Shown here one piece after another: positions 13,801 to 26,468 of a stretch of 64,000 nucleotides of DNA. This DNA comes from Lytechinus pictus (Eukaryota), in NCBI RefSeq assembly GCF_037042905.1, contig NC_087247.1, positions 12,648,001 to 12,712,000 of the forward strand, in the 5' to 3' direction. Below the pieces are notes generated by a model that ran no database searches, had not been told where the DNA came from, and worked only from the letters and a program-made list of their open reading frames with translations. The stretch's first letter is position 1, and every line of letters begins with the position of its first letter. The position numbers and the translations under genes were made by a program.

Positions 13801-16800
13801 CAATATCAATGTTCTTTATTCACCGAGTTCAATCTCTAAGGCTTATCATAAATCAAAATAAAAAAATTTAAAGATGAGTTCCAAGGAGTCAACGTAAGGA
13901 AACCATTATGTGAAAGATAACCTACCAGAGTCATCCCTGAGGCTATCGACGTAGGATTTAGCCTCTTCAATATAGCGTGGAATGGCCGGTGCCAACCTAC
14001 TATTCCCTTTCCAGTACCTAACCCCATCAGAGAATGTGATGATGCTGAAGTAATCTCTGGGGTTGAGACGGTCTAACATGGTCTTGAGAGCTTCTTTGGT
14101 CTGGCTCAGTTTGGTTCCGTACATGGAAGCACTGACATCGATGACGAACACTATCTGCTTCTTCAGAGCGTCCAGTTCGGATGGTGAGAAGAAGTGCACG
14201 AAGTGGTTGTCTTGTACCTGCGTTCAGAGATTCAACCAAGCATTATATCTGATTAAATTCTCCTCGTTTAATGAAAGATCATGATCGACCATGTTTCCTA
14301 TCCAGTATCCACCGACTAGAAAAACAACGATTATGAAACACCATGACAATTGAGGGATAACTTAAAAAGTTGGGCGACTGGACGCCACGACATTTGAAAC
14401 GTAAAAAAGGAGATAACCACAGATAAAAGAGATATAGACCCACGTAGATCTGCATTAATGTGGTGTAGAATTTTTGCTGCAGACCTTATTACATATTTGA
14501 GGGGTCAGTATTGGTTTTAAAAAGAGCATATGCCAATGATGTTTGCTATAAAAAAAAAAAAAAAACCCACACATTTTAAGGCCATAGAACAATATGTATG
14601 GTAGGCCTACATGTATGCCTGTTTCTTGGGTAACATGCATCGATTTTCGCTTATTTGGATCGACCTTTTATCAAATCACAATAATCAACAATGATGGCAT
14701 CTGACCTCCCTTATAGTTTAGGTATTGTATTCTTATATTCTGTATTTCACAGAAAGCAAGGGAACTTCAGAGAAGCAGATACGGAAGATTCGTAATCACC
14801 TGTAGATGACTTCCGTCCGGAGTACGCTCGACATCGTACTTGATCACGATATCCCCATCCAGGCCATTCTCATTGTAGTACGACTGATCATAGACCGTCG
14901 GGTAGAACCTGAACTGGGACCTTGTATCTGAATCCTGCGTAATCCCCGTGGCAAGGTTCAGGGTGTGTCTTCCAGTCCGCGTGTCACCGTCATACTCTGC
15001 GGTCATCTCGCGGATCCTCTGGGGCTCGGTCACCTGTACGTCGATGCCCAGATCTTCTACGAGCTGGGGTAGTAAATGAGAGACAATAAAACCCTTTCTA
15101 GGTATAGGCAGTATGGATCAATAAGTACAATTAAAGCATGAACTTTGTGGTAATGAAGGTTCCATGACATTTCCCCATTCGACAGTTGCTTCTACCGAAA
15201 GTCCACACATTAAGCCAAACATATAAACCCAAACTTCAAACCTTACCTCAACCTTAATCTTAAGGATTCATTAAAGATTCATTCTCGTGTAGATAACGTC
15301 ATCGTGGACAAAAATGAAGTTGAGAAGGAACCAGAGGACCAGTGGCGATGTCAAAATATTTTTATGGAGAGGGATGGCAGGATGACCTAATGATGACATC
15401 ATATCTTTATAAATTGGATTACAGGGGTATTATCATGATATAGAGGTATCCTTTTCAATACTTGAAAACTCATAGAGGAACGGTCACTGCTCCTGGAGAG
15501 GAAAATATAATACCAAAGGTAAAGGTATGAAGGTGTATCATTGGAGGATCAGAATCAGTACATACCTGATGAGGTGCGATGTTGATTCGTTGCTCATACT
15601 GCCCTCTGACTCGTTTCAAGAGTTCATCGTAAGTCAAGACGAAGGTTGCCCGTCCATTGGGTCGAACCTCTGGCAACTGCATCACAAACGCATCTTTCGT
15701 CGGGTCCCTGAGGGATAGAAAATGGAATGAGATGGGAATGGTTACTTCATGGCATGAAGGATATATTCTGAAAATGGTGTGCAAGTGACGAAACTAGAGC
15801 TTTAAGAGCTTTGCATTCTGTCATATCTGACATTCTAATGAATAACTTATGTATATAGAATACAATTCTTACAGTTTCAGCTACAATAGCGTCTGAAGAT
15901 GAGGGATAATCTTAAAATAGCTTGAAATGATGTATTGTATAGTTCAATGATCATCGATTGTTAAATGTTTGATAGCACCTTTAACACACCGTGGTTGTAA
16001 CAATAGTTTGATTGAACGTTTCATGAAAGAACTTGTCGGACGTTTTACCCGACAGTTATCATAGTAATAATGCTTCTCAACCAATCAATATCAAGGAAAA
16101 TCGTCAGATCTGAAAACTTAGCAGACAAAAATGTTGATGAAACACTCCCCTGGTTTTCAACTTGGAATAGGTTAATACGGTGAGATTTCAGACTTCCTTC
16201 TTTCCATCACAGAAATCTACACCCAAATCAAGATTCCCATTGATGGACATTGTTTTACCTTCTTGCAAGCACAGCCAGGACCTGACCGCTGCTACTGGTA
16301 GCAAAGACATCACGCCAACGGCCATCACGGATATTCTGAACAACACCGCGGTAACGCTCTCCATCAATGTCACTGAAAATGAAAATACAATATCATTTAA
16401 TCTACAGAAACCTCATAGCTCTACCTAAGTGATCCTTGGATCCCAGCAGATATCGTGAGCGCAAGACTCCAATGATCACATTGTTATTGCTAATATTATA
16501 CAATTATTGCTCTGTGCAGTTCATATGATTGAAAAATATAGAAATGCGATCCTTATCTAAACAAATACAGTGTGAAACGACATTTGGTCCAATCTTTATA
16601 ACTCTGATGACGATGACTTAAAGTATATTTAATGCAATGTAAAAAATGACTTCATAATATTCCTCATCACCTAACTTACACATAAAAGTCAGATACGTAG
16701 GCACCACTTGGTATTTGTTGGCTGAACTCGATAGGATGGTCTTCATAGTCAACGTTCTCATACTCGGCCTCGACTTTTGTCCGTGCATACCGTTCAGTTG

Positions 16801-19800
16801 TGTCTGACTCCACGTTATATCTCCTTAAAACTATTGGATTGTCCTGAAATGAGGGGTGAATTCATGTGTAGGTCATCAGTAATAAATTGAAGAATATATT
16901 TAAACAAAATCGACGATTTTTTAAAGACATGTAACTTAACACAACTTCCGTATGTAAGCAAATTATTACTTAAAACTCTTTGATATTATAAAAGAGTTTT
17001 AATTGATAATGTGCTTACATACGGAGATTTATATATATTTTTATATATTTCATAGTTTTCATCTTAAAACTTACGACTCGGCGGACTGCAGGGGCATTGG
17101 TCGTAGTTCTTGGTTGTGGTCTCGTTCTTGGCGCTTCTGTTGTAGTAGACCTGGGTCTAGGTGGCCAAGTTCTTGGTGGTGGTCTCGTTCTTGGCGCTTC
17201 TGTTGTAGTATACCTGGGTCTAGGTGGCCAAGTTATTGGTGGCCATGTTCTTGGTGGGGGTCTTGTTCTTGGCGCTTCTGTTGTAGTTGGCCTAGTTCTG
17301 GGTGGCCAAGTCCTTGGTGGCCACGTTCTTGGTGGTGGTCTTGTTCTTGGTGCTTCTGTTGTAGTTGGCCTGGTTCGCGGTGGCCAAGTCCTCGGCGGTG
17401 GCCTTGTTCTTGGTGCTTCTGTTGTAGTTGGCCTGGTTCGCGGTGGCAAAGTCCTTGGTGGCCATGTTCTTGGTGCTTCTGTTGTAGTTGGCCTGGTTCG
17501 CGGTGGCCAAGTCCTCGGCGGTGGCCTTGTTCTTGGTGCTTCCGTTGTGGTCGGCCTTGGTGGCCAAGTCCTCGGAGGCCATGTTCTCGGTGGCCAAGTC
17601 CTTGGTGGGTTAGTTGGGGGCGGTTCTGTTGTAGTTGGAGGTGGCCTTGTACGAGGTCTGGTTGGTGGAGGCTCTACAGGACGAGGGTCGCAATTCGCTC
17701 CACCTATACCTGCCGCCATCTCTCCGACCCTCCCGAACGACGGTCCAACCATAGACCATTCGAAGCCGCTAGGTCTAGACTCGACAATCCTTGTCACAGA
17801 CACCCAATCATCGCCCTCTTCACCAGGATCCGCTACGCGGGAAAGAACCATGCTCATCAAAGGTGTCAGTAAGTTATAACGACGTGATATGACACGGGCA
17901 CGCTCGGCTATGGAGCGTCGCTCCACTGCGTCATCCGCTAGACGGTACCTATTGAACAACTCTCGCAATGTCATGAATGCGTACGTCCTCTCAACGAAGT
18001 TCGAAGGGATGGTATGGTCGTTGACTGTTTGAGGATTCTGGAAAAAAAGTAAGTAAAGGGTACCATATCAAAAGGAAGATTTATCCAGTTATGGCATCCA
18101 ACCAATTTCTGAATATACCCACCTACAATGGAAGATACTATTATATCGAGTAGCGCTAACAATACTGATATTTTAAATTTCCACTGTAAATGTAACTTTA
18201 ACATCAAATTTTATATTCAAACATTTATTTACAAAACATTTGGCAAGTGTGAAAGCAAACTATACTTGGAATCACGATTAAAGTCATGTTGGATCTCCAT
18301 TATAGGAACGTTGTTTACTTAATCATTTATCAGTCAATTAATCATGACGAACTTGGTGTAACTACTTACCTGCATAAGCGAAAGTCTTGCATTCTTTTAG
18401 AGAGACAAAAAAAAAAGAAAGAAAATATTGAAAGGGTTGATAAGTACTCTTGTTTATGGTAAAATCAATTTACTAGACAGAATGATTCTTGACTTATTAT
18501 TTACTGTATGAATATCATAGTATATTAAACATATTATTCATAGGTGCCTTTTACCAGGTTTAAAGTCGTTCCTGATTTCAGAATCATGAGAGTGAAACGA
18601 TTAACGTAAAAGTACAGTTGATTATGAACTACATACTAAGGAATATATGTTCTACGACACCGATGAAGATAGTAGCTCAAGTAGTAAACAGGGAAGGGGT
18701 GTTGGAGTTTGATCCTACACTCCTTTTTAATATTATTTTTATGGATCCCGAGTTGGGGGTTTACCCCCCCCCCCCAAGATCCGCCACTGAGTACAAATTG
18801 TGTGTGTTTGACCGAGCTGGGTCCCGTAACACAAATATTAGCTATTGATCGTATGCTTGATTTTTACGATTGATTGTACATCATAGTCAATGCAATCAAT
18901 CGTAGAAAAATGTTCTACGATCATTGCTGAGCTTTGTTTTTTGGGCCCGTGGTTTGGCTTTTGAGGTGCAATTTCTTGGCTTACCCTCAAATTGACATCC
19001 TCTTTAAAGGTGGTGACGCCATCAGCACCAACAGCGGTAATCTTGATCGGCAAATATCGGAGATCATCGGAACTGAGTATTCCCGAGACGGCGAGTTCGG
19101 AACCGTTGAAATAGTTCGGAAAGGTTGTGGCTGAAGTGCTTCCGGGTCGCACGGCATTGTTGAGGTATTCCACAACAATGTTGAAGAGCAGGGGCGTGGC
19201 AACCTCGCTGTAGACGCCTGCAGAAATATGACGGTAGTATCAATATGCTATGTTAAAAATGATGTCATGAAAGGATCATGTTTTTTTGTTTGTTGATATA
19301 TATATACTCAAATCGAATTAATGAGTGAACTTTTGAAATGAAGTTAAAAAATTGTGTCATGGAAAGATCATGTTCTTTTGTATGTTAATATAAACTCAAA
19401 TTGAATTAATAATCAAAGTTTTGAAATGAAGTATTGCGAAAATGCTAATTAGGTTTTGGGTTATGTGGCAGGTGATAATCGGGAGTATGACATGGTTAAA
19501 CCAGGAGAAAATTTGTTTTTTTGTATGAACTAGACAACTTTTACAAAGGATACTATTCTCTCTCATCTTTTCCTCCGTTCCTACAAAACTTAGACCTACA
19601 ATTGGATAACGTTTCCATTCTTTCCAAATTATGTCTACCGACCTCAAACGAAACCAAGGAGACTTATCTAGACGTACCATACGGGAACTGTCAATCTTTC
19701 TCAAACAATTAGTACCATCAAGCAAAACTTTCAAGATCATCATATAAATGCAACTTTTCATAATTTTAATCATGCGAATTCAGGCATATTCTATCACCTG

Positions 19801-22800
19801 TTCTCAATCACATACCACGTAATTGTCCGGGAGCAGACGAGTCTTCATAAATCCTCCTAGCCATACCACGGTTCTGAAGGGCTAGTCGCACCAAGAAATT
19901 ATAGTTCACCAGCTTGCCGAACCCAAGGGTCACTATAGAACACCGCTGGTCATTGGCGTTACGGACGTTACGTTCGATAGCGGAGAGACTCGTCACACCA
20001 ACGGATGGTTTCCCGTCCGTTAGCACGAATAGGATGCATACCATTGGGTTGGAAATGGTCGAGTTCATGGAGCCAGTGGTTTCAAGGAGACTGAGACCCT
20101 CTAACAGGGCATCGTTCAGGTTGGTCCCTATGGAAGGCAACACAATAGAATGTAGCAGCCACAATCTTTACTCAAAGGCTTCACTAGATCGCCTGTCTTT
20201 ACGATATTTTAATCAAGGTTGAACTACCGATGCAATAATACACATTCTGACATTGGTGACATAATGACCAATAGCAATTCCGTCAAAAGTTTATGTACAT
20301 TTTTTTGAAATATCAGTAATAATATGTATACTCCTTCACATGATGTTCCGCCAAGTTTCTATTGAAGCAAACAGGAAATCCAAAAGCGTACTGCAGATTG
20401 GTCTTACATTGTTTACAAACACCATTTCATCAGTCAGTTACAAAGGCTACTTGTGAATAGGCCTCGTATGTATATATGCGTTTCAAAATGTGCAAGATAC
20501 CACCGCCCTTCCCCCCTCTAAGTTCCTATCTTTATGTCATAATCAACAAACGTAGAGAGCGTCAGCATTTCAAAAGTAGTGACGCCCTTTACGGTCGTTG
20601 TACATATTATTGACTTACCTCTTTGAATGTCTAGTTCGCGAATGAAGTGCTTGGCATGGTTGATGTTGTATGGGTTCACATCAACCATTCGTCCGCGGTT
20701 CCAATCATCGTACACGTAATCGGAAAAGGGCAAGATATTGAAATGATCGCGATCGTTCATCTCGTCGAGAATGGTATACATCGCCTCTTTGGTCTGTTTG
20801 ATCTTATTCCCGTACATGGAAGCACTGAAATCTAGGACGAACACCACTCTTTTGTTCACAGCTCCAAAGTTGGCAGGTGCGAAACGATGGATGAAGTTGG
20901 TTCCCGAGGTCTAATATTACACGTTAAGAGAATAATAAAGACTCTTGATCACTACAGGCTTTTACGAATCATCCATTTTTACTATATTTGGATTTAATGT
21001 TTCTAAGTAGGATTAGGCCCACATTGTCAAGATAATTGGCCAGAACTATAGGTATTAGTATTAATCAATATCAATAATTATGTCTATCGAATCGAATGAG
21101 ATAATCGATGCAGATCTCAACCCAATACTGTATACAATCGTTTGGTACAATAAAGAAAGGTATCCTATCATGTGATGCTTGCTCTGCCGAAAATTGTTCC
21201 TTCGTAACTAATATATCAGACATGTAAGCTGGAACTTAAATAAAGGAGTGAATAAACAAAGATTACTAAATCAATTATGACCACTCCAATCTCAAACAAA
21301 TCCTAACTTAGACGCAAGATACCAGATCAAAATTGTTAAATAACAACATAAGGAAGAGAATTGAGAATTGTCAGATGCTGGCTGGTATGCCTTGACTGCT
21401 CAGAAAATATGAATATTAAAGAGAAAACGAAAGAACCGACGGCTTTGCGTCCTGTCACTCTGAAAGGACACATCTCCTCACCTGCACCTCCCCCACACCT
21501 GGAGGATGAGCGATGTCATACCGGATGATGAAATCTCCGTAGATACCAGGAATATTGTAACGGTTCATGTAGCCATCCTGCTGCTGTTGGGTTGGGCGGT
21601 AGTCGATCTGACATTGCGTCGTCCCGGTTCCCGATGTCCGTGTGTTTCTGAGATGACCACCGAGGTCGTAGACCTTACCTCTGTCATTACTGGCAGCTTC
21701 AAGAAATAATAAATCGTCATGATATCTATTATCATGATTATGGTGAAATGCGCGAACCATACAAATTATAGAAACATCCTTGTAAAGGATTAGAAATGCA
21801 GACATAAGCCGTACCTTTTGAGAAAAAAAAAACGTAGCGAAAGAGCATTTGACTTTATGAATACAAACAAATCTAAGTCTATCTCTAAGTATAATCAGAA
21901 TAAAAATTTTTGCTTTATACATATGCCCATCTTGTGTGTAATTTATATCCAGGATTTCCACCTGAAAGTTCCTGAAATAAATGAATAACTGGACAAAAAA
22001 TAGCATATTGTTCTTGATGTCCTCAAAATTAACTGTCACGGACTTGGGTCATTCTCTTTTCTCATTCTATTCAATTTACTGTAAGCGAAAAGGACAAAAT
22101 AGATTTTGTTATTTAAAGTGACGTAAATGCAATCAAATGGCGTCTTGCCTATCATATCTCTCAGCATCATGAATATACATTTCTAATCTACGTAAGATGT
22201 GAATATATCAGCAACTCATAATCAGATGATCTGGGCCCAAGTCTAGAAAGATTCATGATTGATCTCTTTGAATGCATGATTAGGCTTATAACATGCATAA
22301 TGCAAGCGCGAGACCATCATACAAGGGTTCTCTAAAATAAGATACCAAGATTGGCAAGATAATATGAAATATTTTGGGTACATCTGCCATTGATTTGATC
22401 AATGAGCTTTCTCATTTGTTGTTTAAAAACTCAGTGACATGTAGAGTACACTTCTCTTTGATTGAAAAACATAACGTCGATCGCTTTCCATCGATATAGA
22501 ATGACAAGTAGAATAATTTGATAAAACTATGGCGGGGAGTTGCTTATTCTGCCAAAGTACAGGGCGATATGGACACATCAAAAGACATCATTGATGTTTT
22601 ATTTGGGTTACCTACAGGGGGGAATTCTTATTGCATGTATTTTGTACACCATAACTGTATGTGTGGAACAACGCCATCAAGAGATATATAACACAGATAC
22701 AAGCTGAAACTTGAAACTAAAACTAAAACTAAATCTTGAAAATGAAGAGGGAAAGGTCCTTACTCGATCGGTGGAGACCTGCCATACTGTCAGTGAGCAG

Positions 22801-25800
22801 AGATGAAACAGACTCGGTGTAAGATCTAGTATCGATACCGGCCTCCGATCGTTCGATACCTTGAGGCTCAGTCACTGTGGAGTAGATGCGGAAGTCATAC
22901 ACACTCTAGATGGAAAAGGGAATATAATATGATCACAATAACGATAATAAAGGAATGTTGCCTGAAACGAATATAAACCAAAATCATGTTCAATTCAATT
23001 CATTTATTCTAACTTTTCCATTTTTCAAAAACATCAAAATATGTACAGTTGAAATACACATGTATATACAAAAAAAAATAGATTAAATACATAAGCATTG
23101 CAAATTAACATTATAAGTAAGAGAAATAAATGGAAAATGGAACACCTGTAGAAAGCTTTTTTTAAAAAGCTTGAAGTGTAGTGGAGTGGCTATATACGAA
23201 CCCTCGCCTGAGGTAGACAGTAGTTTACATTGACGTAAATCAGGAAAACTAGCACCTCATACAATAACAGATGATTATACACAGTCATTAATAGAAGAAA
23301 GGCTAGATATGGCTAGGAAAGCAAGAGGATTTTGAGATATTATCTGTTAGAGAGTTTATAGTTCATGTCATGAAATCAGTGAACATTATTTTATTTTTGA
23401 AAAAGTGTACAGAATTTGCCCTCCAACGGGATAGGGCGAAAGGCAAATCCAACTTAAGCAAAGTAGAAGTTGTCATGAAATTGTGTTGTGGTGTCTCAAT
23501 TTTCATCCAAAAAAGGCGATTTTTCATAACATGGGATTCATGCCTATAATGCGATTCGAACTCACTACTTTGCCACTGCAAGCGCAAAGACTATACCATT
23601 GCGCCAAGCTGTGTTGCACGAGTCGTTGCCAATGACTTTGTAGGTTTATGATCCTTGTCTATGAACATCAAGGACACTATGAGTAGTATATTTATTGAAA
23701 ATTCATGAAGTGTAATCTTTGACGGAATAACGCCTATTCTGACGCCGGCAAGATAATGTCGTGGGAAAAGTAATTCAACACCCGGGGATGGGGAACGTGT
23801 ACCCCTAGGAATTCTTTATGTCAAACTGCAGCCTATTTGCAGTGATGAGAGTGAGTTGTCTCGTCACCCAGGCAGTTTGAAATGGTCATGATGGCCACGA
23901 TGCACTGGCGGATGCAGGGGGGGGGGGGGACACAGCCGGCCCGTGCGCCCCCCCCCCTTGAGAGGTACAATAATTTTTTTAAAGTAAATATGCATTTGTA
24001 ACACAAGTGCCCCCCCCCCCCCCCCGTTTTGAAAACGAAGGCTTTTTTTTGCTTGTCAAATTTTATGATGGACGAAATGACCTTAAATTTTGGGTGAAAA
24101 CTCTTCTTTTTTTTGGCTTGTCAAATTTTCCTCGGGAAAATGTGCCCCCCTTTTTTAAAATCCTGGATCCGCCCCTGTCACGATGGTATAGGCTTTGAAA
24201 TTGTCCAAGTTTGGACCGTATCTTATATTTTTTAATTGTATTATCTTATCTTACCTGACTTGGTCTAACGCTGATCCTCTGTGTGTACCAACCATTTTGG
24301 CGTTCCAGTAGTTCCTGGTACTGTATCATAAGCTGGACGTTACCTCGAGGGACAGTATCCACAGTCACGGTGAACAGGTTCCTGGTTTGTTGTCCACTAT
24401 GTTAAAACAAAAGAGGTAAGCTTTTATTGTGTGAACGGAGGTTATTACATCTATAATAAAGTAATTAAAAAGTGTTTTTTACTACATGTAAAATGCCTAA
24501 GAACAATTTATTTCTTACAATATTAGTTTCCCTTTGAACGTGTCAAAGAAAAGGACGAAAACCGAAAAAGGAAGAAGAAGAAAAGAAGAAGAAGGAGGAG
24601 GAGGAAGACAGAGAGGAGGAGGGGGAGGTGGACGACAGGGAGGAGAAGCGGGAGGTGGAGGAGGGCCAGAAAAATAAAGGGGGAAAGGTAAAACAAAAAG
24701 ATGAAAACTAAAATTTGGAGGGTCATGTGCAAACTCTCCTAGAAACCATTTATTCAGGTAAACGATATCTGCAATATCTCAAGATTAATTGTTTTCAGAT
24801 ATATTACACATTATTTTAAAGATTTTCACACCTGAACATCGAACCTTAATCAAGATCCTTGAAATAAAAAAACACGTTCCTTTGAAAACCCGTATACATC
24901 TCTCGAAAAGTTATCAAATATTCTCCTTACCCAGTAGTATATTCCATCTTCTCTAGACTTGATATCGATACGTCTGCCGGTTGCGATAGATCGCTGACTA
25001 GACATCTATCGATAGCATAACCCTGGTATCGTTCCCCATCGACATTCCTGATGAGAAGAGAAGTGAAACGAAATATTAATAAATCATTATCAAAGTCTGG
25101 CATAGGCGGCGATTTCGTGAGAGTTTTGGTCCAACTAGTAGGGGGGGGGCAGACGACCCTCTGCCAAAGGCAGCTGCACAAAATTTAGAAATCGAGGGTG
25201 GGTGACGTAACCCTGTCCACCTCCCCCCCCCCCCCCGATCGCCACCAATGAAGAGGAGGGAATCACCAAGAGAATCAATCGGCAACGAAATTCAATAATT
25301 TAAGAGATTATCCCCCAAAGGTGATCCCTGGCGCCTCTTGCCAACAAAATGCAAGGGAACGTTTCATGCAAGGACGTTTCGGAGGTTTTATCCCATTTCA
25401 TATAACAGTTACCATGTGCCTCTCAGCCAATCAGAATCAAAGAAAGTTGTCAGATCTGGCAACTCGTCGGACAAAGATGTTGATGAAGCTCTCCCCTGAT
25501 TAAAGTATGATTATTTGGAAAGGTATGACAATTTAAGATGACAACTGTTAACATTATTTAATGTAATTTTGGTCTCATTAAAATCATATCTGGGGTATGA
25601 GGAATATGTCATCCTTTACGCCGCTGTATGTAACTGACAAATCATGTGACTGATATAATCCGGTATAATATTATACCGGATTATATCTGTCACACAATTT
25701 GTTAGTTACATGTATATGTAAACGATGAGGTCTAAGTCATTCATAGTTTTGTTCGTTTCCGTTAAAAAAATGTGTAATTGCTACATACACTTAGAGATTT

Positions 25801-26386
25801 GAGTCTATATATTTTGCAACCAAAACCCTGAATTTAGAGGGAAATAATATTTTAGCAGTGGCGTAGTTTAGACCAGGAACCATTTGGTCTATAAATTTGA
25901 AAATTAATAATATGTAAAAAAAAAAAAGATAATAATATAATTACATATTGAAATCGGTGATGTATGAGTTAAGTGGGAGCAGCAGATCGAATGAGACGCT
26001 TTGTCTGTCTGATGCCGGATTTCGGATGTAGGCTCGGATCGTTGTACTGGCAAACCGAACGGCTATCCGAGACTCGACATGGAATCGGACTATCTCAGGA
26101 GGGACTGGAGTCTGAATGAGGAGAGAGAATGATTAAGAGGTTTGAAAAAAGTTTGAATAATCGCAATTTCAAATGTTCAAATCTGACAGTCTATCAAAAA
26201 TTGTATGAATCGCGAGGCAGTATGCCTACGGCGACTAGCTTAGCACACTATATAAAAGGCAAGAAAAAACAAAGGCAGAAAAGATGAAAAAAATAAATGA
26301 GGACTGGAAGAAGAAAAAAAAAGAAGAAGATAATAATTATGATGTTGACGATGATAAATAAAGATACGACTACTATTACTACTACA

Positions 26387-26468
<82 letters not shown>

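Larger units (their letters stand above)
17840..26111 (-). other. ITIH module 1 (VIT + VWA + helical hybrid region) of gene 1
   Basis: VIT: FHVESRIAVRFASTTIRAYIRN...LPLNSYITDFNM...YQELLERQNGWYTQRISVRPSQ. VWA: VVFVLDFSASMYGNKIKQTKEA, GTNLNDALL, LFVLTDGKPSVG, VTLGFG. Then EVATPLL, NYFNGSELAVSG, FVERTYAF, RYNLLTPLMSMV. Confidence 0.9.

Noticed and set aside
17680-17700. ANCDPRP as a relic DPHFII cleavage site after module 1
   Set aside because: Only the Asp-Pro dipeptide matches, and no C-terminal domain follows it.
17003-17879. Long plus-strand ORFs (289 aa Trp/Cys/Ser-rich; 260 aa Gly/Val/Leu-rich)
   Set aside because: They are antisense shadows of the repetitive PRTWP exon. The minus frame continues the ITIH motifs and has proper splice sites.
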